Positions 53,071 through 63,893 of a stretch of DNA of 64,000 nt are shown here, one piece after another. Both the position numbers and the translations under genes were made by a program. Source of the stretch: Gammaproteobacteria bacterium (lineage in GTDB: Bacteria; Pseudomonadota; Gammaproteobacteria; Chromatiales; Chromatiaceae); NCBI GenBank assembly GCA_038144195.1, contig JAYQNH010000001.1, positions 39,295 through 103,294 of the forward strand, written 5' to 3'. The notes under the pieces were generated by a model. That model was not told the origin of the DNA. It saw only the letters and a list, made by a program, of their open reading frames with translations, and searched no databases. Numbering within the stretch: the stretch's first letter is position 1; every line of letters begins with the position of its first letter.

Positions 53071-54824
53071 TGGCACTGAATAAACGTCGATTTGATGCAC
53101 TGATTATTGGTGCAGGTGGCGCGGGTCTTAATGCTGCTGTTCAATTTGCTAACACCAATGCGCGCGTTGCCGTGGTATCTAAGGTTTTCCCAACCCGCTC
53201 GCATACGGTTGCAGCTCAGGGTGGTGTAAACGCTGCATTGGCGAATGTCATGCCGGATAACTGGCACTGGCACATGTTCGATACCGTAAAGGGTTCGGAC
53301 TACCTAGGTGACCAAGACTCCATTGAGTACATGTGTCGTGAAGCGATCCCTACGGTATATGAGCTTGAGCACAATGGTGTGCCTTTCTCTCGCTTAGATA
53401 ACGGCAAGATCTACCAGCGTGCATTTGGTGGTCAGTCACAAAACTTTGGTGGCGCTCAAGCGGCGCGAACTTGTGCTGCAGCTGACCGAACTGGTCACGC
53501 GATTTTGCACTCGCTCTATCAACAGAATGTTCGTGCACGTACGCATTTTTTTGATGAGTATTTCGCGATCGATTTGATTCGCGATAACGAAGGCGCGATT
53601 TTGGGTGCTTTGGTACTTGAGATCGAAACCGGTGAGCCATTGCTGATCGAAGCCAAATCAACCGTACTGGCAACCGGTGGTTGTGGTCAGGTCTTCCGTA
53701 CCACTTCGAATGCGCACATCAATACCGGCGACGGTATGGCAATGGCATTGCGTGCAGGTGTGCCGTTGATGGACATGGAGTTCTACCAATTCCACCCAAC
53801 CGGCATTGCAAGTAAGGGCATGTTGATCACCGAAGGTGTGCGCGGCGAGGGCGGTTATCTTCTGAATAAAGATGGCGAGCGCTTTATGGAGCGTTATGCC
53901 CCAAATGCTAAAGACTTGGCATCTCGTGATGTTGTGTCACGCGCGATTGTTACTGAGGTGAAAGAAGGTCGTGGTTGTGGTCCGAATGGCGATCACGTCT
54001 TACTGAAGCTCGATCACTTGGGTGAAGACATCATCCAAAAGCGTCTGCCGGGTATCCGTGAGAGTGGAAAGATCTTTGCTGGCGTTGATGCGGCGGTTGA
54101 ACCATTACCGGTATTCCCAACGGCTCACTATGCAATGGGCGGTATCCCAACGGATCGTTATGGCCGCGTTATCGTTCCACATGGTTCGGGCGAAGAGATT
54201 GTTCAAGGCTTGTATGCCGCAGGTGAGGCTGCGTGTGTATCTGTACACGGTGCGAACCGCTTAGGTGGTAATTCACTTCTCGATATCTTGGTATTTGGTC
54301 GTGCAGCAGGTCTTCACGTGTTGGATAACATGGAAGAGCATCACCGCCCAATGAACGAAGACAGTGTTGATCAAGCGATGCAAAGCTTGCAGCGTTGGGA
54401 TCGTAAAGGCGATGGTCTATCGGTACGTGAGCTACGTGATGAATTCCGTAAAACGATGGAAGATCACGCAGGCGTATTCCGTACTGAAGAAATCATGTCG
54501 GAAGGTGTTGAGAAGATCAAAGACCTTCGCAAGAAGATGGATGACGTTGTGTTGACCGACCACTCAAAGGTCTTCAATACCGCGCGTATCGAAGCGCTTG
54601 AGCTTCAAAACTTGATGGACTGTGGTGTTGCCTTGGCGGCGTCGGCTCTAGCGCGTAAAGAAAGCCGTGGTGCTCATTCACGTCCGGATTACCCAGACCG
54701 TAACGACACGGAATGGATGAAACACAGTTTGTATTACCTCGAAGGTGATCAAATGGACTTTAAGCCGGTTCAAACTAAACCGCTTACGGTTGAGACTTTC
54801 CCGCCTAAAGAGCGTGTCTACTAA
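53070..54824 (+). CDS. sdhA: Succinate dehydrogenase flavoprotein subunit.
   Basis: The ATG overlaps the sdhD stop (TAATG). Motifs are IIGAGGAGL, RSHTVAAQGG (the FAD-linked His) and HPTG. Confidence 0.95.
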   Translation: MALNKRRFDALIIGAGGAGLNAAVQFANTNARVAVVSKVFPTRSHTVAAQGGVNAALANVMPDNWHWHMFDTVKGSDYLGDQDSIEYMCREAIPTVYELEHNGVPFSRLDNGKIYQRAFGGQSQNFGGAQAARTCAAADRTGHAILHSLYQQNVRARTHFFDEYFAIDLIRDNEGAILGALVLEIETGEPLLIEAKSTVLATGGCGQVFRTTSNAHINTGDGMAMALRAGVPLMDMEFYQFHPTGIASKGMLITEGVRGEGGYLLNKDGERFMERYAPNAKDLASRDVVSRAIVTEVKEGRGCGPNGDHVLLKLDHLGEDIIQKRLPGIRESGKIFAGVDAAVEPLPVFPTAHYAMGGIPTDRYGRVIVPHGSGEEIVQGLYAAGEAACVSVHGANRLGGNSLLDILVFGRAAGLHVLDNMEEHHRPMNEDSVDQAMQSLQRWDRKGDGLSVRELRDEFRKTMEDHAGVFRTEEIMSEGVEKIKDLRKKMDDVVLTDHSKVFNTARIEALELQNLMDCGVALAASALARKESRGAHSRPDYPDRNDTEWMKHSLYYLEGDQMDFKPVQTKPLTVETFPPKERVY

Positions 54825-54834
54825 GGAGAACAGC

Positions 54835-55525
54835 ATGAAATTTCGAATTTCACGATACAACCCAGATGTAGATAGCGAACCATACATGCAGGAGTTCGAT
54901 ATCGAAGTATCTCGCGGCATGATGTTGCGCGATGCTTTGTTAGAGGTGAAGCGTCAGGACGAAACCTTCAATTTCCGTCATTCTTGTGGCGAGGGTGTGT
55001 GGTTCTGATGGCGTAAACGTTAACGGCACGAATAAGTTAGCGTGTGTTACAGCCATCGCAGACTTAAAAGAGCCTGTTGAGGTTCGTCCATTCCCAGGTC
55101 GCCCCATCATCCGTGACTTGGTTGTCGATATGAGTCAGTTCTATCAGCAATACAAAGCGGTTGACCCATGGTTGGTGCGTGAAGATCCAATGCCTGAGCA
55201 AGAGATTCTTCAATCGCCAGAAGATCGCGATAAATTGGATGGTCTGTACGAGTGCATCATGTGTGGTTGTTGTTCAACCTCATGTCCTTCGTTCTGGTGG
55301 AACCCTGAGAAGTTCCACGGTCCACAGGCCTTGTTAAGCGCATGGCGCTTCTTGGCGGATAGTCGTGACCAAGCGACTGATGAGCGTTTGGATAAGCTTG
55401 AAGGCCCTTACAAGCTGTTCCGTTGTCACACCATCATGAACTGCGTTGAGGTTTGTCCAAAAGGCTTGAATCCAACGCAAGCGATCGGCAACATCAAGAA
55501 TTTGATGTTGAAGAAAGCAATCTAA
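54835..55525 (+). CDS. sdhB: Succinate dehydrogenase iron-sulfur subunit. One frame break.
   Basis: aaggag lies 7 nt before the ATG at 54835. Motifs are SCGEGV/CGSDG, CIMCGCCSTSCP and CHTIMNCVEVCPKGLNP. The break lies near 54997, where a gt unit appears to be lost from a (gt)n tract. Confidence 0.9.
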
Positions 55526-55765
55526 GTGGACAATGATATTGAGCGTCTCCGCTGGCAGTGCCGGCGGGGACTTTTAGAACTCGACTACCTCTTCGCTGAT
55601 TATCTCGATCAGCAATATGCCAAGGCTTCCGCTGAAGAGCAGGCGGCTTTTCGTGCCTTGCTCGATCAACAAGATCCCGATTTGCAACATTGGTTGATTA
55701 ATACCGATGAACTGCCTCCTGAGCCAGAGATGGCTTCTCTCGTAAAGAAACTGAGACAACGTTAA
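55526..55765 (+). CDS. sdhE: FAD assembly factor SdhE (DUF339).
   Basis: 79 aa starting at GTG, with the RGxxE motif in CRRGLLELD. Confidence 0.8.
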   Translation: MDNDIERLRWQCRRGLLELDYLFADYLDQQYAKASAEEQAAFRALLDQQDPDLQHWLINTDELPPEPEMASLVKKLRQR

Positions 55766-56841
55766 ATGTCGACTTATCGTATTGCGGTCATCCCGGGTGA
55801 TGGCATCGGCACTGAAGTGATGCCTGAAGGTTTGCGTGCTTTAGACGCGGTAGCAAAAAAGTTTGATCTCTCGCTGCAGTTTGATCATTTCGATTTTTCA
55901 TCATGGGATTACTACGAGCGTCATGGAAAGATGCTGCCAGATGACTGGAAAGAGCAGATCGGTGGGCACGATGCGATCTTTTTTGGCGCAGTCGGTTGGC
56001 CCGACAAAGTGCCAGACCATATTTCTCTTTGGGGCTCATTACTTAAGTTTCGTCGTGAGTTCGATCAGTACATCAATCTACGTCCTGCGCGTTTGATGCC
56101 GGGTGTGCCTTCACCTTTAGCAAATCGTCAGCCAGGTGAGATCAATATGTGGATAGTGCGCGAGAATACCGAAGGTGAGTACTCATCGGTCGGTGGCAAG
56201 ATGTACGAGGGCACTGACCGCGAGATCGTCATGCAAGAGACGGTGATGAGTCGTCATGGTGTTGATCGCGTATTACGTTATGCCTTTGAGATGGCTTAAA
56301 AGACTAAGCGCCAACAGCTCACCTCGGCAACCAAATCGAATGGTATTTCGATCACTATGCCGTATTGGGATGAGCGCGTTGAAGCGATGGCGAAAGATTA
56401 TCCCGAGGTCGAAGTAGACAAATATCACATCGATATTCTGACTGCGCAGTTTGTGATGAACCCGGATCGTTTTGATGTGGTGGTTGCGTCTAACTTGTTT
56501 GGCGACATACTTTCTGATTTGGCACCTGCTTGTACAGGCACCATTGGTATTGCGCCATCGGCGAATATCAATCCAGATGGCACCTTCCCATCCTTGTTTG
56601 AGCCGGTGCATGGCTCAGCACCGGATATCGCGGGTAAGGGGATAGCTAACCCAATCGGCCAGGTGTGGTCGGGTGCGATGATGCTGGATCATCTTGATCA
56701 CGCAGATGCCGCTGCCTGCATGCCTGCATCCTTGATGCAATCGAAAAGGTCTTGGCTGACCCAGCAAGTCGCACAGCTGACCTCGGAGGTCAGGCGACTA
56801 CCGAGCAATGCGGACGCGCGATTGTTGAGGCGATAGGCTAA
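55766..56841 (+). CDS. Tartrate dehydrogenase/decarboxylase or D-malate dehydrogenase-like enzyme (isocitrate/isopropylmalate dehydrogenase family). One in-frame TAA plus one frame break.
   Basis: Motifs are IAVIPGDGIG, VRENTEGEYS, TSATKSNG and SNLFGDILSD. The TAA is at 56297-56299. The break lies near 56715, and the shifted tail reads LDAIEKVLADPASRTADLGGQATTEQCGRAIVEAIG. Confidence 0.8.
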
Positions 56842-56894
56842 GTCTTCGCTCGCGCTGATTTGATACCATGAGATAAAGATCTTGAGGGTTTCAG

Positions 56895-57257
56895 ATGGCT
56901 AAAACAGGCAACACCGGTCTAACGCGTATTATTAAAGCGGCTGGCTATTCCAAGCAGGGCTTGCAAGCAGCTTGGGCAAATGAAGCGGCTTTCCGTCAAG
57001 AAGCCTTGTTGGCCTTAATCATGATTCCAGCAGCCTTCTGGGTAGCGGAAAACTCGATAGAGTTGATTCTGCTGATTTCAGTTGTGTTCTTGGTCTTGAT
57101 TGTTGAATTACTTAACTCAGCTGTTGAGGCTGTTGTTGATCGTATTGGTGATGAGCACCATGAACTTGCAGGCCGTGCTAAAGATATTGGTTCCGCGGCT
57201 GTATTTATATCGCTTGTGCTCACAGCAGTTATCTGGGCGATTATTGTTTTGTCATAA
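56895..57257 (+). CDS. dgkA: Diacylglycerol kinase (prokaryotic DgkA type).
   Basis: Intact 120-aa ORF with three TM segments and ELLNSAVEAVVDRIG. Confidence 0.85.
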   Translation: MAKTGNTGLTRIIKAAGYSKQGLQAAWANEAAFRQEALLALIMIPAAFWVAENSIELILLISVVFLVLIVELLNSAVEAVVDRIGDEHHELAGRAKDIGSAAVFISLVLTAVIWAIIVLS

Positions 57258-57301
57258 AACGGTAAAACAGACTTTCTAAACTAGATGTATTTGGATGAGT
57301 T

Positions 57302-58306
57302 ATGACCATTCGTGTAGGTATTAATGGATTTGGCCGCATGGGGCGTTTGGGTCTTCGTGCGGGCTGGGTTGACCAGTCGTATCAGGTAGTTCGAGTTAAC
57401 GAGATCTCAACCGATGCGATAGGTTCTGCACATTTGCTTAAATTTGATTCAGTGCACGGCACATGGCATCAATCAGTGTCTGCATCTGGCAACACGATGG
57501 ATGTTGAAGGTGCGCAGATCGCACATACCTCGAATAAAGAGATTCATGAGACCGATTGGTCTGATTGCGACATCGTGATTGAGGCAACGGGCAAACATCA
57601 TAAAAAACCCGAGACGCTACAGAACTATTTTGATCAAGGTGTTAAGAAGGTCATCGTTGCCGCACCGACAGAGGGTGCGCTGAATATCGTCTACGGTGTT
57701 AATCATCATCTTTATTCAGCTGATGAGCATCACTTAGTGACAGCAGCCTCATGTACAACGAATTGTTTGGCACCGGTGGTTAAAGTGATGCACGAAAAGG
57801 TGGGCATTAAACATGGCAGCATGACCACCATCCATAACATCACCAATACGCAGACTATTATCGATAAAGGTCATAAGGATCTTCGACGTGCGCGCTCATG
57901 TGGCACTTCCTTGATACCTACTACGACAGGCTCTGCGAAAGCGATCACTAAAATCTTCCCTGAACTGGAGGGAAAGTTGAACGGTCATGCGGTACGGGTA
58001 CCTCTCACCAATGCCTCACTGACAGACTTTGTGTTTGAAGCAGAGCGTTCAGTAACGGTGGAAGAGTTAAATGCGTTATTTAAACAAGCCGCTGAGGGTG
58101 AGTTGGCCGGTATCTTGGGCTACGAAGAGCGACCTTTGGTTTCGATTGATTATATGAATGATCCGAGATCATCGATTGTCGATGCTTTGTCGACTATGGT
58201 GATAAACGACACTCAAGTGAAGATCTATGCTTGGTATGACAATGAGTGGGGCTATGTGAATCGAATGATGAACATCACCGATATGGTAGCTCGCTCTATA
58301 AGCTAA
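57302..58306 (+). CDS. gap: Type I glyceraldehyde-3-phosphate dehydrogenase.
   Basis: Intact ORF with INGFGRMGR, the catalytic [10 protein letters not shown], and WYDNEWGY. Confidence 0.9.
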   Translation: MTIRVGINGFGRMGRLGLRAGWVDQSYQVVRVNEISTDAIGSAHLLKFDSVHGTWHQSVSASGNTMDVEGAQIAHTSNKEIHETDWSDCDIVIEATGKHHKKPETLQNYFDQGVKKVIVAAPTEGALNIVYGVNHHLYSADEHHLVTAASCTTNCLAPVVKVMHEKVGIKHGSMTTIHNITNTQTIIDKGHKDLRRARSCGTSLIPTTTGSAKAITKIFPELEGKLNGHAVRVPLTNASLTDFVFEAERSVTVEELNALFKQAAEGELAGILGYEERPLVSIDYMNDPRSSIVDALSTMVINDTQVKIYAWYDNEWGYVNRMMNITDMVARSIS

Positions 58307-58317
58307 TTAATGAGCAT

Positions 58318-58345
58318 AAAAAAGCCGCCTTTCGGCGGCTTTTTC
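58318..58345. terminator. Bidirectional rho-independent terminator between gap and pit.
   Basis: aaaaaagccgcc tttc ggcggcttttt. Confidence 0.75.
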
Positions 58346-58347
58346 GA

Positions 58348-59917
58348 TTAAGGCATCATAAAGCCTCGTAGGGTGAAGTAGAGGAAAGCGGCCATCGTGC
58401 CAGAGGCTGGTACGGTAATCAGCCAAGCTGCGATGATCTTCTTAAAGGCTGAACGTTTAACCAACTCATTCTTATAAACCTTCTTCAAGCTCTTACGCTC
58501 TTTCTTTGAAAGCTCAGCTTCGTCTTTCTTCGCTTTCATCTCTTTCAGCATGATGCCTTTTTGGATGACAGATGCTTTTGTGAAGCGCTCTAGGAAGGCA
58601 TTGACTTCAGCTTCGTCTTCACCTTGGTGGTGCTCACGGATCTCATCGAGCATCTTCTGGTAGCTACGCTTGAGATATTCACGAAGGAAGCCAACGCCAA
58701 ATACCAGCACCAACCGCAATGTGCGTTGATGACACGGGCAAACCAAGCTGGCTTGCAATAATCACGGTAATCGCCGCAGCCATTGCGATTGTAAAGGCGC
58801 GCATTTGATCCAGTTCGGTGATTTCACTACCAACGGTCTTAATCAGTTTAGGGCCATACAAGGCCAGACCGATCGCAATACCAATAGCGCCAACCAGCAT
58901 TACCCAAAGTGGGATAGCTGCTTTACTGTGGTAGCCGCCATGTAATAAGGCGTCATTGATCGCAGCGAGTGGGCCAACAGCATTTGCCACATCGTTTGCG
59001 CCGTGAGCAAAGCTCAAGAGTGCTGCTGCGAAGATCAGAGGTGCAGTAAACAATGCATTCACTCCACCTTTAGAGTTTTCTAGCGATTCACCTTGTTGTG
59101 CAATCTTCACTCGGGTGAAGAAATAAACCAGTACGGCAATACCAAAACCAATCAGCGCTGCTGTAGTGAAATCGAGCTTGATCAGCTTCTTCACGCCCTT
59201 GAGTGCTAAATAGGTTGAGAAAGCCCATGCCATCAATGCGAGCAGAATAGGCACAACCTTGAGTGCAGCCGCTCGCATATCATCTTGGTATGTAATTGTT
59301 CGCTTGATGATCATTAAGAAGGTGGCTGCAATAACACCACCTAAGACAGGTGAGATAACCCAACTTGCCGCAATGGCACCCATGGTGCCCCAGTTGGCGA
59401 TACCCATACCGCCAGCGGCAATGCCAGCACCTAAAACACCGCCAACAATAGAGTGGGTTGTTGAAACAGGTGCGCCAAGCGCGGTAGCAATGTTTAACCA
59501 AATCGCACCAGCAAGTAGAGCGGCCATCATCAACCAGATAAAGGCATTCGGGTCGCCGATCACGGATGGATCGATGATGCCCTTTTTAATGGTACTAACC
59601 ACGTCACCACCAGCAATGATGGCGCCAGAGGCTTCAAAGATGGCAGCAATGATAATGGCGGTTGTTAATGTCATGGCGCGTGAGCCCACTGCGGGGCCAA
59701 CGTTATTGGCCACATCATTAGCGCCAATATTCATTGCCATGTAGCCACCGATCATTGCGGCAGCAACCAACATATAATGTTGGTTAATGGTGTCGAGGGT
59801 GATGCTGGCAAACAGCATGATCGCCACTATGAAGAGTGTCGCAATGCCGATTCGAACCACTTCACTTGAGTTGAAACGTGCTGCATCTTCAATTTGATTT
59901 ATGTTCTTTAAATCCAT
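58348..59917 (-). CDS. PiT-family inorganic phosphate transporter. One frame break.
   Basis: ORFs 58679..59917 and 58348..58758. The repeated GANDVAN signature is present (GANDVANNVGP and GANDVANAVGP). The break lies near 58720, and a charged cytoplasmic loop precedes the last TM segment. Confidence 0.85.
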
Positions 59918-60057
59918 GCCTACAGGGTCTTAAGTTGCTAAATAATGTAGGCAGTCTACACATCTGAATAAGAATTTCAGCCTCAATTGAGCCTATTTAA
60001 GGCAGGGTGGCGAGAGGTTATATAAGTATTTTAAAAACAGTAGCTTAGCTGAAAGTA

Positions 60058-61576
60058 TTAGCTAATAGACAAGGTGAAATTGAGCTTTTCCCAAGCCGAA
60101 ATTTCTGAATTTAATTCCGCTTCATTAAGGGGATGTTCGCTGAGCCAGTTTTCAGGGAATGTGAGGCTGATATTTTCCTTATCGATTTTTTTGATATCGA
60201 CCTCGATTTTCGTATCGGGTGTTCGACTACGATGAAGAATAATGGCTAAGCGCAGTAGCAAGATGAGCTTCTTGGTTGAGTCGCGGTGATATTTAGGCAG
60301 TTCTTTGATCGCGGTTGAACTGATTTTGCGACGTTGAAAACGAACGATTGTTGAAAGCTGTTGTTTCTGTTGGTTGGTGAAGCCTGTGAGATCTGCATTC
60401 GACAGAATGTAAGCACTGTGTTTGTGGAAGCTGTTGTGCGAAAGGCTCAAACCAATTTCGTGCGTAGCAGCAGCCCAACGCAACAACTTGGCATCTTGGC
60501 GCTCGTCGAGTTTCCAGTCACTGGCGATTTGTGAGAACAGGCGCATCGCCAAATTGGTGACTTGCTTTGCATGAGCAACATCAACTGCAAAACGTTGCTG
60601 TAGTGATTCAATCGTGGTTTCACGAACATCGGTGCGGCTTATTTCACCGATTAGCTCATATAAGAGACCTTCGCGGAGGGCAAAGCTAGAGACATGAAGC
60701 TCTTCGATGCCCAAGCTATTAAAAACAGCACTCAATACAGCAACGCCGCCAAAAAATACCGGTCTGCGCTCATCTGATAGACCTTCAAAGTCGAGCGCAT
60801 CGATGCTGCCGATTTTTATCATTCGCTTGCGTAGCTTTTTAAGGCAGCTAGCGCTTATGACTTCACCCTCACAGCCCATGGCATTCATGACTTTTAAAAT
60901 GGCTTTGATGGTGCCGGAGCTACCAATCGCCATATCCCAGTTGCCTGGCTGATAGCTTTCACGCACAGCACGGATCTCTAATGCGCCACGCAAGATGGCT
61001 GAGTTCATTCGTTGCTCGCTAATCTCACCTGAGCCAAAGAAGGTTTGTGTCATTGTGACGCAACCCATATTGAGGCTGTCGCGCTGTCCGGCAGTCTTGT
61101 TTTTACCCAGTATGACTTCGGTGCTACCGCCACCGATATCAACCACCAGACGACGTTTTTCTTCGGAGGCAAGGCCATGGGCAACGCCGAGATAAACTAA
61201 GCGTGCTTCTTCTGAGCCAGAAATCACATCGATTTCGTAGCCAAGTGCTTCGGTCGCGCGGGTAAAGAATTTGTGATCAGGCGGCAGCTGTCTGAGGGTA
61301 TTGGTGCCAACAACACGCACCTGATGCGCTGGAATGCCAGCTAAGCGTTGACCAAAACGCGCTAAGCATTCAATCGCGCGATCTTGAACATGAGGCAACA
61401 AGATCTTTTTTGACTAAGCCTTCGCTCAAGCGAACGGCTTCACGCATGCGATCAACAACAACAAGTTGGCCGTTCTCTTGGCGGCCAATGATCATGTGGA
61501 AGCTATTGGAGCCTAGATCGATTGAGGCAAACGTTAAGTCTTCAATCGTTTCTAGTAGGGTGGCGTTATCTGACAT
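60058..61576 (-). CDS. ppx: Exopolyphosphatase / Ppx-GppA family phosphatase. One frame break.
   Basis: ATG at 61576. Motifs are ASIDLGSNSFHMII and DIGGGSTE. The break lies near 61400. Confidence 0.85.
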
Positions 61577-61757
61577 AAAGGTTTTGAAATTATTTTTCGT
61601 GATCGTAATCGTAAACATCGATTGGGTACACCCAATCATGACAAAAAAAAGTTACACAATCGTAATTAAAGTAGTGGGGAGATACTGAAGCTAATAAAAT
61701 AATGCTAATATGGTCAATAACACATTGTTATCCAATAACTTTTCCAGAGCCCTATAA

Positions 61758-63893
61758 ATGCCCATTGAGTTAGATTCGCACGAATTTTTCTTGAACCGAG
61801 AGCTGACTTGGCTGTCGTTTAACTCGCGGGTGCTCCATGAGGCTGCTGATGAGCGTAATCCGCTTTAGAGCGTTTAAAGTTCTTAGCGATCGTAAGTTCA
61901 AACCTCGATGAGTTTTTCATGAAACGCATCGGTAGCCTTAAGCGTAAGGTTGCGGCTGGGATTCAAGATAAATCAACGGACGGTTTAACTGCGCAGCAAC
62001 AAATTGATGCTTGTTATAACGCTATTCGCGAACAAGAGTTGCGACAACGTGAGCTATTAAAGGTTCTGCGTGAGCAGTTGGTGACACATAATATTAAGAT
62101 CGTCTCGTATGACGACGTCCCCACTGATCAAGGCATTTGGTTGCGTGAGTATTTCTACAGCGAAGTCTTTCCGCTGATTACACCGCAGTCATTTGATCCG
62201 AGTCATCCGTTTCCCTTTATTTCTAATTACTCGCTTAATTTACTGGTCAAAGTGAAGAAGCAGGGTGAGTCGGCTGGTGATTCATTTGCCTACACGCGCA
62301 TTAAGATGCCCTTAGGTGAGGGGCTGCCGCGTTTTGTGCAAATTCCCGATACTTTTCATTTTCTTCCTTTAGAAGAATTGGTGAAGAAGCATCTCTATAT
62401 GTTGATGCCGCAGGTTGAGGTTGAAAATGCAGCCTTGTTCCGAGTCACAAGGAACATTCAAGCCGCGCGCGATGTAGATGAAACTGATGACTTGCTAGCG
62501 ATGATCCAAAGTGAGCTGCGTGATCGTCATTTTGCGTCGATCGTGCGTGTTCAAGTTCAAGATGAAATTGATAGTACGGCACGTGGCATGTTGGCGGCTG
62601 AGCTTGGTCTTGATGAGCAATCTGATGTATTCAGTACCGGCTCAAGCTTAATGGCGCTGCGTGATCTTTTTGAGATTGCCGGCATTGATCGACCAGAGCT
62701 GCAAGAGAAACCTTTTAAGCCGCTCGATCCACCACAGTTTTCGCAAGCGACGAATATCTTTCATGCGATCCGTAATGATGGTCCTTTCATGGTTCATCAT
62801 CCTTATGATTCCTTCAAAACCTCGGTTGAGCGTTTCTTAAAAGAAGCAGCGCATGATCCGAAGGTGAAAGCAATCAAGATGACCTTGTATCGCACCTCAA
62901 GTGATACCAAGGTCGTTGATTACCTGATTCAAGCAGCACAAAACCGTAAACAGGTTGCTGTGGTGGTGGAGTTAAAGGCGAGTTTTGATGAAGCGGCCAA
63001 TATTCGTTGGGCAACGCGCTTAGAAGAGGCAGGCGTGCACGTTACATACGGTGTTATTGGTCTTAAAACGCACTCGAAGATCACTTTGGTTGTTCGAAAA
63101 GATTACAACGGTCTGCAACGTTATCTACACATTGGTACGGGTAACTACCATGCGGGCACGGCGCGTTTGTATACCGACTTGGGTATTCTGACCAATGACA
63201 AACAGATGGGCATTGATGCCACTGAGTTATTCAACTACCTAACAACCGGCTTTACGCCAGATCGTTTCTATCGCGAGTTACTACCTGCACCTAAGGTGCT
63301 AAAGACTGCCTTACTGGCACGTATCGAGCGAGAGATTAAGCATCACACAACAGAATCGCCAGGTTTGATTCAGTTTAAGGTGAATGCTCTTGAAGATGCC
63401 GATATTACAAAGGCACTTTACCGAGCGTGTCAGGCGGGCGTGTCAAGTTAATTTGATTGTGCGTGATAGCTGTCGTTTCTTGCCTGGCATTCCTGGTGTC
63501 TCGGAAAACGCCACGGTGATCAGTATTGTTGGGCGCTTCCTTGAGCATGCGCGTATCTTTTACTTTAAGAATAACGGTGATGAGGAATACCTCATCGGAT
63601 CTGCCGATGCGATGCAGCGTAATCTTGAAAGCCGTGTTGAGGTGGTTGCTCCGGTTAAAGCGCCAAAGCTACGTGAGGAGCTGCGCTTTATTCTTGATAC
63701 ACAGTTAAACGATTATCGCCAAGCGTGGGAAATGCGCGTTGATGGTACCTATGTGCAACGTCAACCTAGAAACAAAGACGAAGAGGTTGGCTGTCATCAG
63801 CGCATGATAGATCGCTATACCGAGCGCAATAAAAAAGCCAAACGTTTCCAAACGGGTAAAACGCTTAAAAAGGTTGGCTCGGTTAAAGAGTAA
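61758..63893 (+). CDS. ppk: Polyphosphate kinase 1. Two frame breaks.
   Basis: The N-terminus FLNRELTWLSFNSRVLHEAADERNPL joins LERLKFLAIVSSNLDEFFMKRIG near 61865. Other motifs are LKTHSKITLV and GTGNYH. The second break lies near 63440 (AGV/QVNLIVRDSCRF). Confidence 0.9.

Noticed and set aside
59259-59744. 161-aa plus-strand ORF, hydrophobic and Ala/Pro/Met-rich.
   Set aside because: It is antisense to the PiT transporter gene and mirrors its hydrophobic codons. The PiT frame carries the GANDVAN signatures. The same reasoning applies to 47322..47678 (antisense to uppP), 24092..24478 (antisense to the lol permease), 34866..35336 (antisense to sppA), 37589..37927 (antisense to pstC) and 28620..28952 (antisense to kdsB).
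57302-59917. GAPDH next to a phosphate/anion transporter as a possible ArsJ-type arsenate-resistance pair.
   Set aside because: The transporter is a PiT-family protein with GANDVAN repeats, not an MFS ArsJ. The two genes are convergent and separated by a bidirectional terminator. No ars genes are present.
61577-61757. Possible Pho box in the divergent ppx-ppk intergenic region (GTGTAAC-T8-GTCAT on the minus strand, at about 61637-61657).
   Set aside because: Only one heptamer resembles CTGTCAT. The spacing of the second half-site is about 13 nt rather than 11, and an A/T homopolymer lies between them. This is too weak to call without a matrix scan.
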